Program-made: the position numbers and the translations under genes | Source: an uncultured Acidimicrobiales bacterium | GTDB lineage: Bacteria > Actinomycetota > Acidimicrobiia > Acidimicrobiales > Ilumatobacteraceae | Assembly (NCBI GenBank): GCA_963829955.1 | Contig: CAWHKS010000004.1 | Location: 4,402-68,401, forward strand | Direction: 5' to 3' | DNA length: 64,000 bases | Shown: positions 32,565 to 45,269 of the stretch, one piece after another | How positions within the stretch are numbered: position 1 is the stretch's first letter | Layout: the number at the start of each line of letters is the position of its first letter | Notes under the pieces: model-generated | Seen by the model: only the letters and a program-made list of their open reading frames with translations | What the model was told of the DNA's origin: nothing | Database searches by the model: none

Positions 32565-35063
32565 TCAGGTGTCGCCGTTGCCGCCCAGGATGGGCGCCAC
32601 CGAGGCGACGTATTGGCCGGCGTCCAGGTTCATGATGCGGACACCAGTGGCCGTACGGCCCTGCGACGAGATCTGCCGCACCGACGTGCGGATGGCGACG
32701 CCGCCAGACGACACGGCGACGATCTCGTCCTCCAGGCCGACCATGAACGCCGCCACCACGTGACCCTTGCGGCTGGTCAGCTTGATGCCGATGACCCCTT
32801 GGCCGCCGCGACCCTGCCGGTGGAAGTGCTCGAGTTGCGTGCGCTTGCCGTAGCCGGCCTCGGTGACCATGAGGATCGCGACGTCGTCGCGGGCCACATC
32901 GACGGAGACGACGGAGTCGCCCGCCCTCAGCTTCATACCCCGCACCCCGGCCGCGGCCCGGCCCATGGGCCGTACCTCGTCCTCGCTGAAGCGGATGGTC
33001 TGGCCCGAACGGCTGACCATGAAGATGTCGTCGCCGGTCGTCGTCTCGATGACGCGGACCAACTCGTCGCCGTCGCGCAGGTTGAGGGCGATGATGCCGT
33101 CGCGCCGGGACGAGTCGTACTCGGTGAACACCGTGCGCTTCACCTGCCCCTCGCGGGTGGCGAAGAACAGGAAGCGCTCCCCCGCGAACGTACGGGTGTC
33201 GATGATGGCCCGGATCGTCTCGCCCGCCATCAGCGGCAGCAGGTTGACGATGGGGATGCCCTTCGCGGTGCGCTCCCTCTCCGGGATGTCCATGGCCCGC
33301 AGCCGGTAGACCTTGCCCCGGTTGGAGAAGAACAGCAGGTGGGCGTGGGCCGTGGTGAAGATGACGTGGCTGACCAGGTCGTCGGCCTTCAACCTGGCCC
33401 CGGCGACGCCCCGCCCGCCGCGGCCCTGGGTCTTGAAGGCGTCGGCGTCGACTGTTTTGACGTAGCCGGCCTCCGTCATCACCACGACCAGCTCCTTGTC
33501 CTCCACCAGGTCCTCGACGGACATGTCACCGTCGTCGAGCACGACCTCGGCGGCGCGCGGCGTGGCGAACTGCTCCTTGATGGCCAGCAGGTCCTGCTTG
33601 ATGACGGTCTTCAGACGGGCGTCGTCGGCGAGGATGGCCTCCAGCTCCGCGATGAGCTCGCGCAGCTTTTCCAGCTTCTGCTCGATGTCGATGCGGGACA
33701 GACGGGTGAGCTGGCCGAGGCGCATCTCGAGGATGTGCTCAGCCTGGAGCTCGGTGAAGCCGAACTGCTCGATCAGCCCGGAGCGGGCGGCGGCGCGGTC
33801 CTCGCTGGCCCGGATCGAGCGCGATGACCTCATCGATCACGTTGAGGGCCCGCAGCAGACCCTCCTGGATCTCCTCGTCGCGCCGGGCCTTGTCCAGCCG
33901 GTACTGCGACCTCCGGGTGATGACCTCGACCTGGTGGGCGATGTAGCCCTGCAGGGCCTGCGCCAGGTTGAGCGTCCGGGGCACGCCATCGACCAGGGCC
34001 ACCATGTTGACGGCGAAGCTGGTCTGCAGCTGCGTCTGCTTGAACAAGTTGTTGAGCACGACGTTCGGGTTGGCGTCGCGCCGCAATGTGATGACGAGGC
34101 TGGTCTTGCCGCCAGCCGAGTTGTCGTTGACATCGGCGATGCCTTCGAGGTCCCCGGCGTCCACCAGCTCCTGGATGCGCCCGGCGATGGTCTTGCAGCT
34201 GGCCTGGTAGGGCAGCTGCGTCACCACGATCTCCATCGGCGCGCCGCGGCGGCTGCTCTCCTCGATGGTCGCCCTGGCCCGCATCTTCACGCTGCCCCGG
34301 CCCGTGCGGTAGGCCTCCATGATCCCGGCCCGCCCCATGATGAAGCCGCCGGTCGGGAAGTCAGGACCGTGCACGAACTGCATCAGGTCGTCAGGCGTGG
34401 CGTCCGGGTGGTCGATGAGGTGGACGGTGGCGTCGATGACCTCGCCCAGGTTGTGGGGCGGGATGTTGGTGGCCATGCCGACGGCGATGCCCTGGCTGCC
34501 GTTGACCAGCAGGTTGGGGAAGCGGGCCGGGAGGACGACCGGCTCCTCGTTGGAGGCGTCGTAGGTCGGCACCAGGTCGACGGTGTTCTCGTCGATGTCG
34601 GCCACCATCTGCATGGCGAGGGCGTGGAGGCGGCACTCCGTGTAGCGCTCGGCCGCCGGGCCGAAGTCGGGCGAGCCGTAGTTGCCGTGGAAGTCGATGA
34701 GCGGATGACGGAGCGAGAAGGGCTGGGCCATGCGGACCAGCGCGTCGTAGATGGCAGGACCGCCGTGCGGGTGGTACTTGGCCATGGTGTCGCCGGTGAC
34801 CCGGGCGCATTTCACGAACGGCCGGTCGGGCCGGAAGCCCTGCTGCTCCATGTCCCAGATGATCCGGCGGTGCACGGGCTTGAGGCCGTCGCGCACGTCC
34901 GGGAGCGCCCGGGCCATGATGACGGACATGGCGTAGTCCAGGAAGGACCGCTCCATCTCCTCCTGGATCTCGATGGGCTCGATGGCACCATGCGTGAGGT
35001 CGCGCCCGTCCCCGTCGTCGCCGTCGTCCGGGGGCATCGTGCCCCCCGTGTCGCTTCGGTCGC

Positions 35064-35067
<4 letters not shown>
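32565..35067 (-). CDS. gyrA: DNA gyrase subunit A, one frameshift as sequenced
   Basis: ORF 33739..35067: ...[17 protein letters not shown]...[19 protein letters not shown]...[17 protein letters not shown] 32565..33833 covers the C-terminal beta-pinwheel repeats. Junction NVIDEVIA|[12 protein letters not shown]: one extra base within 33811-33822 (2503 nt total, remainder 1). Confidence 0.97.
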
Positions 35068-37022
<1,955 letters not shown>

Positions 37023-37211
37023 GGCGCGACCTTTCGGTATCGATGAGCGACCGGCGGGACAGGCCCGCTCGCTGGAATCCCCGGACCCCGGGGAGCGCTC
37101 AGGACCGTCCTCACGATGGCCTCCAGTCCTACCAACGGGGTGCTACCGAGAGGCGGAGGCTGGGGACGCGGCGAGCGGTCCCGACGGGGTGTTCAGGCCG
37201 CCTCCAGCGGC

Positions 37212-37481
37212 TCACCGCCGCGGGCGGACGCGCAGCTCGATGCTGGTCACCTCGTCGGCCCCGGCCACGTCCCGGAGTCGCCCCAGGAGATCGCTCTCGA
37301 GGAACCGGAGCTGGGTCGCCCACGTCGGATGGTCGACGTCGATCACCAGCCAGCCGTCGGTCAGGGAGGCCGGGCGGGCGTGAGCGGCGATCTGCGGACC
37401 GACCGCCTCCTCCCATCGCCCGAACACCCCGGCCAGGCTGCGGGCACTGGTGCCGCGCAGCGAGCGGACGACGTCATCCAC
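37212..37481 (-). CDS. DUF721 / DciA-like protein (Rv0004 position)
   Basis: VDDVVRSLRGTSARSLAGVFGRWEEAVGPQIAAHARPASLTDGWLVIDVDHPTWATQLRFLESDLLGRLRDVAGADEVTSIELRVRPRR* fits the DUF721 pattern (W..avG..ia.h..p..l.dg.L.v.v....WatqL). The start (GTG 37481) is uncertain. Confidence 0.7.
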   Translation of the reverse strand: MDDVVRSLRGTSARSLAGVFGRWEEAVGPQIAAHARPASLTDGWLVIDVDHPTWATQLRFLESDLLGRLRDVAGADEVTSIELRVRPRR

Positions 37482-37515
37482 GCTGTCGCGCAGCGGACCG
37501 GGGCTCGCTGCTCGG

Positions 37516-38598
37516 TCACCCGACCAGCTTGCCCCGCTCGACACGCAGCGACGCGCTCGGGCTCGCGCCAGGTCGGGCAGGGGCCCGGCCGTGGTCAGGA
37601 GGACCTGCCCTGGAGGGAGGTGGCGTAGGAGCGCGGCGCTGCGGACGGGGTCGAGCTCGGAGAAGACGTCGTCCAGCAGCAGAACTGGCGCGCTGCCGGT
37701 CCGATCGGTCACCAGCCGGTGGCCGGCCAGGCGCAGCGCGAGGGCGAGCGTCCGCTGCTCCCCCTGCGACGCGTGGGTCCGCGCCGGCAGGCCGTCGAGC
37801 CCGACGTCGAGGTCGTCACGGTGCGGGCCGACCAGGCAGACCTGGCGCCGCACCTCGTCGGTGCGGGCGGCCACCGAGCGCGTCGGCCAGGCCGGTCCGG
37901 CGCCAGGGCGGGTCGTACCCGAGCACGACCGCTCCGCCACCGGGCGCCAGCTCGCCGTAGGCCCGCGCGACCTCCGGCGCGAGCGCCTCCACCAGCTCGG
38001 CGCGGGCCTGGCCGACTGATCTCGCCCACCTCGGTCAGCTTCGTGTTCCACACGTCGAGCGTGAACGCGGCGTCCTCGGCGAGGCGACCACCGGCCTGCT
38101 TCAGCAGCGTCGCCTTGTGGCGCAGGATGCGCTCCAAGTCCCGCCTGTCGGCGTCGAGGCGCGGATGCAGGCCCACCATCGTGAGATCGAGGAAGCGCCG
38201 CCGCACGGCCGGGCCTTCCTTGAGCAGGGCCAGGTCGTCAGGCGAGAACACGGTGGCCCGGACCACGTCGAGCAGCTCCGACGGCCGCCGCGGGCGTTGC
38301 TTGTTCACGAGCACGCGGTCGCGCCCACCGACGGCGAGCGCGCACTCGATGGTGACGACGCGCCGTCTGGCTGCTCCACCTCTGCCCGCACGATGGCCTC
38401 CTGGCACCCTTCCCGCACCAGCGCGGCGCCGGCGACGCCGCGGAAGCTCTCACGGGAGGGCAGGTAGGCGACGGCCTCGACGAGGTTGGACTTGCCCTGC
38501 CCGTTGGCGCCGATTACCGCCGTCAGCCCCGGCCCGAGCTCGACCGCGACGCTCTCGTAGTTCCGGAAGTCGACGAGCTCCAGCCGGCGGACCCACAC
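37516..38598 (-). CDS. recF: DNA replication and repair protein RecF, several frameshifts as sequenced
   Basis: GTG 38598: MWVRRLELVDFRNYESVAVELGPGLTAVIGANGQGKSNLVEA (Walker A). ...LVNKQRPRRPSELLDVVRATVFSPDDLALLKEGPAVRRRFLD... (ORF 37709..38407). ...VGPHRDDLDVGLDGLPARTHASQGEQRTLALALRLA...VLLLDDVFSELD (ORF 37212..38051). The end ...ASLRVERGKLVG* is in a further frame (stop 37516-37518). At least 4 frame changes. Confidence 0.9.
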
Positions 38599-38610
38599 CC
38601 GTCAGGCGAC

Positions 38611-39706
38611 CTACGGGACCCGGACCGGCATGAGGAGATAGAGATAGTCCTCCTGGCCGACCGGCCGCACGACCGCGGGTTCGAGCGCGTCGAGGGTGTC
38701 GAGCACCACCTCGTCACCGGCCGCGGCTTCCACCCCGTCGACCAGGTACTGCGGGTTGAAGGCCACCGTGAGCGGGCTGCCTTCGACCTGGGCCTCGACG
38801 ATGGCGTCGGCCGTGCCCTGATCCTGGTTGACCGTGTTGAGCCGCACCTCGTCGCCCTCGATGGTGAGCCGCACGGGCGTGGCGTCCGCGGCCATGACCC
38901 GGACCCGGCGCAGGGCGTCGAGCAGAGCCTCCCGGCCCACCCGGACGCGGTTGGGGTACGAAGCCGGGATGAGCTGGCGGTAGTTCGGGAACTCGCCCTC
39001 GATCAGACGGGTGCTGACCCGCGTGCCGCCCGCCTCGAAGGTGGCGTCCCGCTCCCCGAGGCGCATCGTGATCTCACCCTCCGGGGGAAGGGCCCGTTCG
39101 ACCTCGCGCAGCGCCCGGGACGGCAACAGCACCTTCTGCCCGGCAGCGAGGATCGACACCTCCGGGAGATCGCACACGGCCAGGCGGTAGGAGTCCGTCG
39201 CGACCAGCCGCAGGCCCTCGTCCTCGGCGGTGAGCAGCACGCCGGTGAGGATCGGGCGGGACTCGTCCTTGCTGGCCGCTCGCTCCACCTGCTGACACCG
39301 CCTGCAGGAACATCGAGGCCGGCACCGTCACCTTCTCGTCGGCCGGCTCGGCCAAGCGGGGGAAGTCGTCGACCGCGAACGGACGCACGGTGAACGACGA
39401 CCGCTCCGACGTGATGTCCACGGTGTCGCCCCCCGCGTCGACCATCACCGCACCGGGCGCCAACGTCCGCACGGCCTCGGCGGTCAACCGGCCGGGCACG
39501 ACACACGCGCCGTCCCGCTCGCCGTTGACGTCGATGGTGCACCGGATGGTCAGCTCGAGGTCGGTCCCGCTGATCTCGAGCGAAGACCCTTCGAGTCGCA
39601 GGCGCACACCTGCCAGCGCGGGCTGGGATCCGGCCCGACCCTGGGCGGCGCGGGCCGCCGTGGCCAGCGCCTCGCCGAGGACATCTCGTTCGCAGCGGAA
39701 CTTCAC
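38611..39706 (-). CDS. dnaN: DNA polymerase III beta sliding clamp, one frameshift as sequenced
   Basis: ORF 39074..39706: MKFRCERDVLGEALATAARA... ORF 38611..39288: ...ERAASKDESRPILTGVLL...ATDSYRLAV...STRLIEGEFPNYRQLIP...FNPQYLVDG...YLYLLMPVRV. Junction FLQAV|QVERAAS near 39290-39300 (1096 nt, remainder 1). Confidence 0.95.
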
Positions 39707-39966
39707 CCTGCCCCCTCCCCGGACCCCTTCGTCGGTCCGGCGTCGATCATCATCACTGTGCTGTTCAGGAACCTAGTGGTAGTAGTAGGTCCTGGGGATT
39801 GTGGGCTTCGCGGTATCTGCCCTGGTCCCGGCAGGTGTGGTGATCCACAGGCCGCTTGGGCTGTCCCCAGGCCGATCATCCCGACGTTGGTCGCCGGTGG
39901 ATGACCACGCCGTTGTCCCCAGCTCCGGCGCTGTTCGTCCCCACCCTGGTCCCCAGGCAACGCGGC
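39707..39966. other. Candidate oriC (dnaA-dnaN intergenic region with degenerate DnaA boxes and a lower-GC stretch)
   Basis: Boxes read directly: TGATCCACA 39841-39849 (8/9 to TTATCCACA), embedded in the palindrome TGTGG-TGAT-CCACA; TTGTCCCCA 39913-39921 (8/9 to TTGTCCACA); CTGTCCCCA 39861-39869 (7/9); GGTGGATGA 39896-39904 (7/9, reverse). A lower-GC segment lies at 39741-39790 (catcatcactgtgctgttcaggaacctagtggtagtagtagg). The oriC location between dnaA and dnaN is the actinobacterial norm. Confidence 0.55.
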
Positions 39967-41400
39967 CTACGCACCGATCTTGAGCTGGTTGATGAGGAAC
40001 GTCACCTGGTCGTAGACCTGCTGGCGCTCCTTCATCAGCTTCTCGACCTTGCTGACGGCGTGGATCACGGTGGTGTGGTCGCGGCCGCCGAATTCACGGG
40101 CGATGGCCGGGTAGGACAGGTCGGTGAGGTCGCGCATCACGTACATGGCGACCTGGCGAGCGAGGACGAGCGGACGTTGCCGGCTCTTGCCCCGCAGGAG
40201 CTCGACCGGCTGGCGGTAGTACTCCGCCACGGCCTCGATGATCGCCCTGCTCGACACGGTGCGTTCCGCCGAGCCGTGCAGGAGCTCGGCCAGGAGCTGC
40301 TCGGCCAGCGACACCGTGATGGTGGAGTTGTTGAGGCTGGCGTACGCCGTGACGCGGATCAGCGCGCCTTCGAGCTCGCGGATGTTGTTGGTGATGCGGA
40401 CGGCGATGAACTCGAGGACGTCGGCTGGGACTGCCGTATGGTCGCGCTCGGCCTTGTTGCGCAGGATGGCGAGACGGGTCTCCAGGTCCGGCGGCTGGAT
40501 GTCCGTGATGAGGCCCCACTTGAAGCGGCCGCGCAACCGATCCTCGAGCGTCGGGATGGCATCGGGCATCCGGTCCGACGAGATGACGATCTGCCGGTTG
40601 GCGCCGTGGAGCGAGTTGAACGTGTGGAAGAACTCTTCCTGCAGACCTTCCTTGCCCTCCATGAACTGGATGTCGTCGATGAGGAGCACGTCGATCTCGC
40701 GGTAGCGACGCTTGAAGTCCGCGGTGGCGTTGCTGCGGATGGCGTCGACGTACTCGTTGAGGAAGGTCTCGGTCGAGACGTAGCGGATCTCGTAGTTGGA
40801 GTAGTTCTGATCGACGTAGTGGCCGATGGCGTGCAGCAGGTGGGTCTTGCCGAGGCCGGCCGCGCCGTAGATGAACAGCGGGTTGTACGAGCGCGCCGGA
40901 GTCTCGGCCACACGCTGAGCCGCGGCGAGCGCGAACTGGTTGGACTGCCCCTTGACGAAGGTCTCGAAGCCGTACCGCGGGTTGAGCCCGGCCGCGGTCA
41001 CCGCGTGGCGGGAGGCGTCGAACCCGCGGCCGTTCGTGCCGTTGACGCCGTTCTCGCCGTTCGAGGACGGCTGATCGACGCCGAGCGCGATGGCGTCGCT
41101 CGTTGTTGCATCTTCAACTACGATGTCGAACAGGGTCTCGTGCTCTGGTGCGGGTGGCGTGACGTGCAGGACCGGGCTGACGCCTGGGGCGTCGGCCTCT
41201 ATGAGCGCGGCCTCGATCAAAGGCAGATAGCGCGAGGTGATGTGCTCCCGCACCGTGGGGCTGGGCAGGATCAGGTGCAAACCGTCGTCGTCCAGCCCGT
41301 CAGCTCGTACATCCTGGAAGGTGGAGAGCCACACGACATCCGAGACCTGCTCTCGCAGGAGCCGGGCCGCCGACGTCCACAGCTCTTCGCCGTCGTTCAC
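39967..41400 (-). CDS. dnaA: Chromosomal replication initiator protein DnaA
   Basis: Intact. ...[22 protein letters not shown] (Walker A), [13 protein letters not shown], and the C-terminal DNA-binding domain [35 protein letters not shown]. The track ORF reaches 41532, but GTG 41400 (VNDGEELW...) has AGGAG 10 nt upstream, and the DnaA boxes lie in the putative extension. Confidence 0.97.
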   Translation of the reverse strand: MNDGEELWTSAARLLREQVSDVVWLSTFQDVRADGLDDDGLHLILPSPTVREHITSRYLPLIEAALIEADAPGVSPVLHVTPPAPEHETLFDIVVEDATTSDAIALGVDQPSSNGENGVNGTNGRGFDASRHAVTAAGLNPRYGFETFVKGQSNQFALAAAQRVAETPARSYNPLFIYGAAGLGKTHLLHAIGHYVDQNYSNYEIRYVSTETFLNEYVDAIRSNATADFKRRYREIDVLLIDDIQFMEGKEGLQEEFFHTFNSLHGANRQIVISSDRMPDAIPTLEDRLRGRFKWGLITDIQPPDLETRLAILRNKAERDHTAVPADVLEFIAVRITNNIRELEGALIRVTAYASLNNSTITVSLAEQLLAELLHGSAERTVSSRAIIEAVAEYYRQPVELLRGKSRQRPLVLARQVAMYVMRDLTDLSYPAIAREFGGRDHTTVIHAVSKVEKLMKERQQVYDQVTFLINQLKIGA

Positions 41401-41428
41401 CAGCGACGCACTCCTTGCAAGCGAAACC

Positions 41429-41460
41429 GTGTCCACAGGTGTGGATGCACCTGTGGACAA
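41429..41460. promoter_or_regulatory. Cluster of three DnaA boxes upstream of dnaA (autoregulation and/or part of the origin)
   Basis: GTGTCCACA 41429-41437 (8/9), TGTGGATGC 41440-41448 (7/9, reverse), TGTGGACAA 41452-41460 (9/9, reverse complement of TTGTCCACA). Confidence 0.7.
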
Positions 41461-41837
41461 CGCCACGACCGTTCTCGAACAAAACCACCAGCGACTTGGG
41501 TGCCCCCCGGGGCAGACGTGCGACCGTAGCACGGACCCGGAGGGCGACGGTCCAGTCCACCGGAACGGGGAGTGACGGCGCGGTGACCGGCCGTGGTGAC
41601 GGTCCGACTTTCTCGCTGATCGGGCGATGTCGGCGTCGGACCCGGTGCCGGTTGCCGTTCACGGCGCCGACGCCGTAGCCTGGGTCGTCGGCACGGCGAG
41701 CGTTCGCTCGCGCCAGGTCGCAGGTCCTCGGCTCGCCGCGGCCCGGGCCCCACGGCCGTTCAGCCCGCCAGCGTGCCGGCCGGGCGGAAGGCATGTGGAG
41801 CCGGCCGGACCGAGGAGCGAGGGAGTCAGGAGGCAGC

Positions 41838-41972
41838 GTGAAGCGCACGTACCAGCCGAACAACCGCAAGCGGGCCAAGCGCCATGGGTTCCGGCACCGG
41901 ATGTCGACCCGGGCCGGCCGGGCCATCATCAAGTCGCGCCGCGCCAAGGGCCGGGTTCGCCTCTCGGCGTGA
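41838..41972 (+). CDS. rpmH: 50S ribosomal protein L34
   Basis: GTG 41838 follows GGAGTCAGGAGG. My translation is [44 protein letters not shown] (44 aa). It is too short for the ORF track. Confidence 0.95.
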   Translation: MKRTYQPNNRKRAKRHGFRHRMSTRAGRAIIKSRRAKGRVRLSA

Positions 41973-42314
41973 TCTGGCGCATCCGGGACCACGCGGTGTT
42001 CGCACGGTTCCGGCGCGACGGACGCCGAGCGCGCGTAGGTTCGCTGTGGATGTCGGTGATCGCTGATCCCGCCGCCGCCCCCCCGAGGGTGGGCTTCGCC
42101 GTCGGTCGGTCGGTCGGGAGCGCGCCCACGCGCAACCGCGTCCGACGCCGGCTGCGGGCACTGGCCCGCGCCCACGCCGACGCTGCTCGCCCCCGGGTGG
42201 TACCTGGTCGGTGCGGACGCGGCCTTCATCCGAGTCCCGTTCCACGATGCGGAACAGAACTTCCTCGCCGCGCTGGCCGCCGTCGGGGCCACGCAACCCG
42301 GGCCGACGTCGTGA
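41969..42314 (+). CDS. rnpA: Ribonuclease P protein component, one frameshift as sequenced
   Basis: GTG 41969 overlaps the rpmH stop. [31 protein letters not shown]...[25 protein letters not shown]..., then after about 42190 the family-like end [31 protein letters not shown]...* is in another frame (stop 42312-42314). Confidence 0.85.
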
Positions 42315-42610
42315 AGACGGTGGCCTCGGAGTCGCCGACGATCGACCGCGCCCCCGGACTCGTGGCCCGGGGCCTGACCCGCGTCATCGGCTGGTACCAG
42401 GTGAGCCATCAGGACCGTACCTCGCCCTGCCGGTTCGTCCCGTCCTGTTCGACCTACGCGCTCGAGGCCGTGGAGGCCCACGGCGCCGTAGCGGGATCGC
42501 TCCTGGCCATGCGCCGCCTGCTGCGTTGCCACCCCTGGGGCGGCCACGGGTTCGACCCCGTTCCCCCGCCGCCCGCCGCTCGCCTGGAGAGAGTCGACCG
42601 CCGTGTTTGA
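42311..42610 (+). CDS. yidD: Membrane protein insertion efficiency factor YidD
   Basis: GTG 42311 overlaps the rnpA stop. ...[61 protein letters not shown] is the YidD signature. Confidence 0.85.
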   Translation: MKTVASESPTIDRAPGLVARGLTRVIGWYQVSHQDRTSPCRFVPSCSTYALEAVEAHGAVAGSLLAMRRLLRCHPWGGHGFDPVPPPPAARLERVDRRV

Positions 42611-43607
42611 CCTGATCGCCACCGTCCTGGCGTGGTTCTACGCCCTCGTGCCGAACTACGCCATCGCCATCGCCATGATGACCATCCTCATCATGCTGCT
42701 GCTGACGCCGCTGACCCTGAAGAGCACGAAGTCGATGCTGGAGCTCCAGCGCATCCAGCCGGAGATGAAGCGGCTCCAGCAGGAGTACCGCGGCGACCGC
42801 CAGGCCATGAACGAAGCGCTCATGGCGCTCTACAAGGAGCACAAGGTCAACCCGCTCGGCGGGTGCCTCCCCCTGTTGATCCAGGCGCCGATCTGGATCG
42901 TGATGTACCGGGTCTTCATCGGGCTGACCTACAAGTCAGCCGAGAGCGAACCCTTCTTCGCGCCGAAGTACCTGGACCACTCGACCGAGCTGTACCAGTC
43001 GCTGTCCACCTCGACCGAGATGAACGCCTTCGGGCTCAACCTGGCCGAGTCGGCGGCCCGGGCGCTCCAGGCCAGCTTCGTCACGGCCATCCCCTACCTG
43101 ATCCTGGTGGGGATCGTCGTCGTGACGTACTTCGTCCAGCAGCGCCAGATCACCGCCCGCAACAAGAACAACCCCAACTACAGCGACAACCCGGCCGCCG
43201 CGCAGCAGCAGATGATCATGAAGATCTTCCCGATCTTCTCGGGCATCTTCTCCTTCATCGTGCCCGCGGCGCTGGCGTGGTACTTCCTGGTGCAGAACCT
43301 CTTCCGGATCGCCCAGCAGGCTTACATAACGAAGCGGTTCTACCGCGAGCATCCCGATGCCATCACCGCCCGTGAGGGCGGCGGGAGCTCGACGGCCAAA
43401 GCGCCCAAGGCCGCAGGCAACGGCGCGGCGGCGACCAAGAAGGGGGCGCGGGGAACCCCGGCCAAGAGCACGCCGCCGAAGGCCAAGCCCACGCCGAGCG
43501 CGTCGGGCAACGGCAAGCGACGGCCCGCTCCCAAGCCGCCCCCGAAGCCGAGCGGCTCGGCGCCCAAGCCGCCCGCCCGGCCCCGCCCCCAGAAGAAGAA
43601 GCCCTGA
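42603..43607 (+). CDS. yidC: Membrane protein insertase YidC (short actinobacterial form with Lys/Pro-rich tail)
   Basis: Intact 334 aa. ...[79 protein letters not shown]... Confidence 0.93.
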   Translation: MFDLIATVLAWFYALVPNYAIAIAMMTILIMLLLTPLTLKSTKSMLELQRIQPEMKRLQQEYRGDRQAMNEALMALYKEHKVNPLGGCLPLLIQAPIWIVMYRVFIGLTYKSAESEPFFAPKYLDHSTELYQSLSTSTEMNAFGLNLAESAARALQASFVTAIPYLILVGIVVVTYFVQQRQITARNKNNPNYSDNPAAAQQQMIMKIFPIFSGIFSFIVPAALAWYFLVQNLFRIAQQAYITKRFYREHPDAITAREGGGSSTAKAPKAAGNGAAATKKGARGTPAKSTPPKAKPTPSASGNGKRRPAPKPPPKPSGSAPKPPARPRPQKKKP

Positions 43608-43633
43608 CCGAGATCGCAGCGAGGACATCCCCG

Positions 43634-44464
43634 ATGGAGTGGGTCGAAACGACCGGTCGCACGACCGATGAGGCCAAGAACGTCGCCCTGGACCGCCTCG
43701 GCGTGGACGAGGCCGACGCCGAGTTCGAGATCCTGGAGGAGCCGCGCCCCGGTCTGTTCGGGCGCATCCGGGGAGAGGCGAGGGTGAGGGCCCGGGTACG
43801 GCCGACCGCGCCGCGCCCGAAGGCCGAACGCCGTGACCGCCGTCGCCGCAAGGAAGAGCCCAGCAGCAACGGCGAAGACCGCACACCGGCCAAGGCCAAG
43901 CCGTCGCGGGACAAGAACCCCGCCGGCACCGGCCCGCCGGCCCCGCCCCAACAGGAGATCCCGATGGACGAGCGCGAACGCGACGGCGAGGAGCCGACCA
44001 CCGAGCAGGTGACCGAGGACGCCACCGAGTTCTTGCGGGGGCTGCTCGACGCCTTCGGCTTCGACGGCGACGTCGCCTCCACGGAGCCCGCCGAGGGGGA
44101 GATCGAGGTGGCCATCACCGGTGAGGGCCTCGGCCTGCTCGTCGGCCCCAAGGGGCAGACCCTGCTGGCCGTCCAGGACCTGACCCGGCTCGCCGCGCAG
44201 CGCCACATCGGTCCTGGCTCGCCTCGCCTCGCCGTGGACGTGGGCGGCTACCGGCAGCGCCGGGTGGAGGCGCTGCGCCGGTTCAGCGAGCAGGTGGCCC
44301 AGCAGGTGCTCGAAACGGGGCTGGCCAAGTCGCTGGAGCCGATGGCCGCCGCCGACCGCAAGGTCGTGCACGACGCCCTCAACGACGTCGACGGGGTGCG
44401 GACGGCCTCCGAGGGCGAAGAGCCCTACCGCCGCGTCGTGATCCTTCCCGGCGCGGAGGCCTGA
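43634..44464 (+). CDS. jag: Jag/KhpB-like RNA-binding protein (Jag_N + KH + R3H)
   Basis: MEWVETTGRTTDEAKNVALDRLGVDEADAEFEILEEP (Jag_N). ...GLLVGPKGQTLLAVQDL (KH GxxG). ...MAAADRKVVHDALNDVDGVRTASEGEEPYRRVVI (R3H). Confidence 0.88.
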   Translation: MEWVETTGRTTDEAKNVALDRLGVDEADAEFEILEEPRPGLFGRIRGEARVRARVRPTAPRPKAERRDRRRRKEEPSSNGEDRTPAKAKPSRDKNPAGTGPPAPPQQEIPMDERERDGEEPTTEQVTEDATEFLRGLLDAFGFDGDVASTEPAEGEIEVAITGEGLGLLVGPKGQTLLAVQDLTRLAAQRHIGPGSPRLAVDVGGYRQRRVEALRRFSEQVAQQVLETGLAKSLEPMAAADRKVVHDALNDVDGVRTASEGEEPYRRVVILPGAEA

Positions 44465-44491
44465 GTCAGCAGCAAGTCCCCGAGCGGCCCG

Positions 44492-45127
44492 ATGGCGGCG
44501 ACCCCGGAAGGTTGGCCGCTCTTGCTGACGGCGCTCGACGAAGCCCGACAGCGGGGGTTCCTGGGCCCGGACCAGGAACCCGACGTGGTCGCCCGCCACG
44601 CGGCCGGGTTCGAGCCCGCGCTGCTGCCCGCCCTCGCCGACTCGGGAACGGGGCGGATCGTCGATCTCGGCTCTGGCGGCGGCGTGCCCGGACTCGTACT
44701 GGCGCTGCTCCTTCCCGGCGCGAAATTGACCCTGGTCGACGCCAGCGTCAGCCGGACCGACTGGCTCCATCGGATCGTCCGGCGCCTGCGTCTCACCGAT
44801 CGGGTCGAGGTGCGCCGCGAACGGGCCGAGGTGCTCGGCCACGATCCCACCTGGCGGGAGGCGCAGGAGGTGGTCGTGGCCCGCAGCTTCGCTCCTCCGC
44901 TGGTGACGGCCGAGTGCGCCGCCCCGCTGCTTGGTTGGGGCGGCCGTTTGGTGGTGAGCGAGCCGCCGGCCGATCGCCGGGCCGAGCGGTGGCCGGCGGA
45001 GGAGCTCGGGCAACTCGGTCTGCGCCGAGTGACCTGGTCCGACACGGCCTACGCGGTGTTCGAGAAGGCAGCGCCGTGTCCCCCCGAGGTACCCCGGGCA
45101 CGGAAGGTCCGCGGCCACACGTCCTGA
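44492..45127 (+). CDS. rsmG: 16S rRNA (guanine527-N7)-methyltransferase
   Basis: Intact 211 aa. RIVDLGSGGGVPGLVLALLLPGAKLTLVDAS..R..WL... is the SAM-binding motif, and the gene occupies the conserved position between jag and parA. Confidence 0.9.
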   Translation: MAATPEGWPLLLTALDEARQRGFLGPDQEPDVVARHAAGFEPALLPALADSGTGRIVDLGSGGGVPGLVLALLLPGAKLTLVDASVSRTDWLHRIVRRLRLTDRVEVRRERAEVLGHDPTWREAQEVVVARSFAPPLVTAECAAPLLGWGGRLVVSEPPADRRAERWPAEELGQLGLRRVTWSDTAYAVFEKAAPCPPEVPRARKVRGHTS

Positions 45128-45143
45128 CGTTTCACGTGGAACC
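45128..45143. other. parS-like centromere site
   Basis: CGTTTCACGTGGAACC matches the consensus TGTTTCACGTGAAACA at 13/16, immediately after the rsmG stop and upstream of parA. Confidence 0.6.
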
Positions 45144-45269
45144 TCAACCGTCGCGAGAGGCCGCGACCGGACCATGCGCGCTCGGCCCGCGAGAGGCCGC
45201 TACCCTGCGGGCTACCGGTCGCTGCCCACCGCTGCGCCGTCGCAGCCGGACAAGGAGAAGGCGCTGCTC

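Noticed and set aside
39856-41529. 557-aa plus-strand ORF
   Set aside because: It is antisense to dnaA, which is unambiguous (Walker A, domain IV).
41300-42622. 440-aa minus-strand ORF and the 327-aa plus-strand ORF 41627..42610 read as single genes
   Set aside because: The minus ORF is antisense to rpmH-rnpA-yidD. The long plus ORF is really rnpA plus yidD (with upstream non-coding read-through) joined because no in-frame stop intervenes. The individual genes are recognisable by their motifs and GTGA overlaps.
43340-45175. 611-aa ORF on the minus strand
   Set aside because: It is antisense to the yidC tail, jag and rsmG, all of which have clear family motifs. Its composition is Arg/Gly/Pro/Ala-rich, so it is a shadow ORF.
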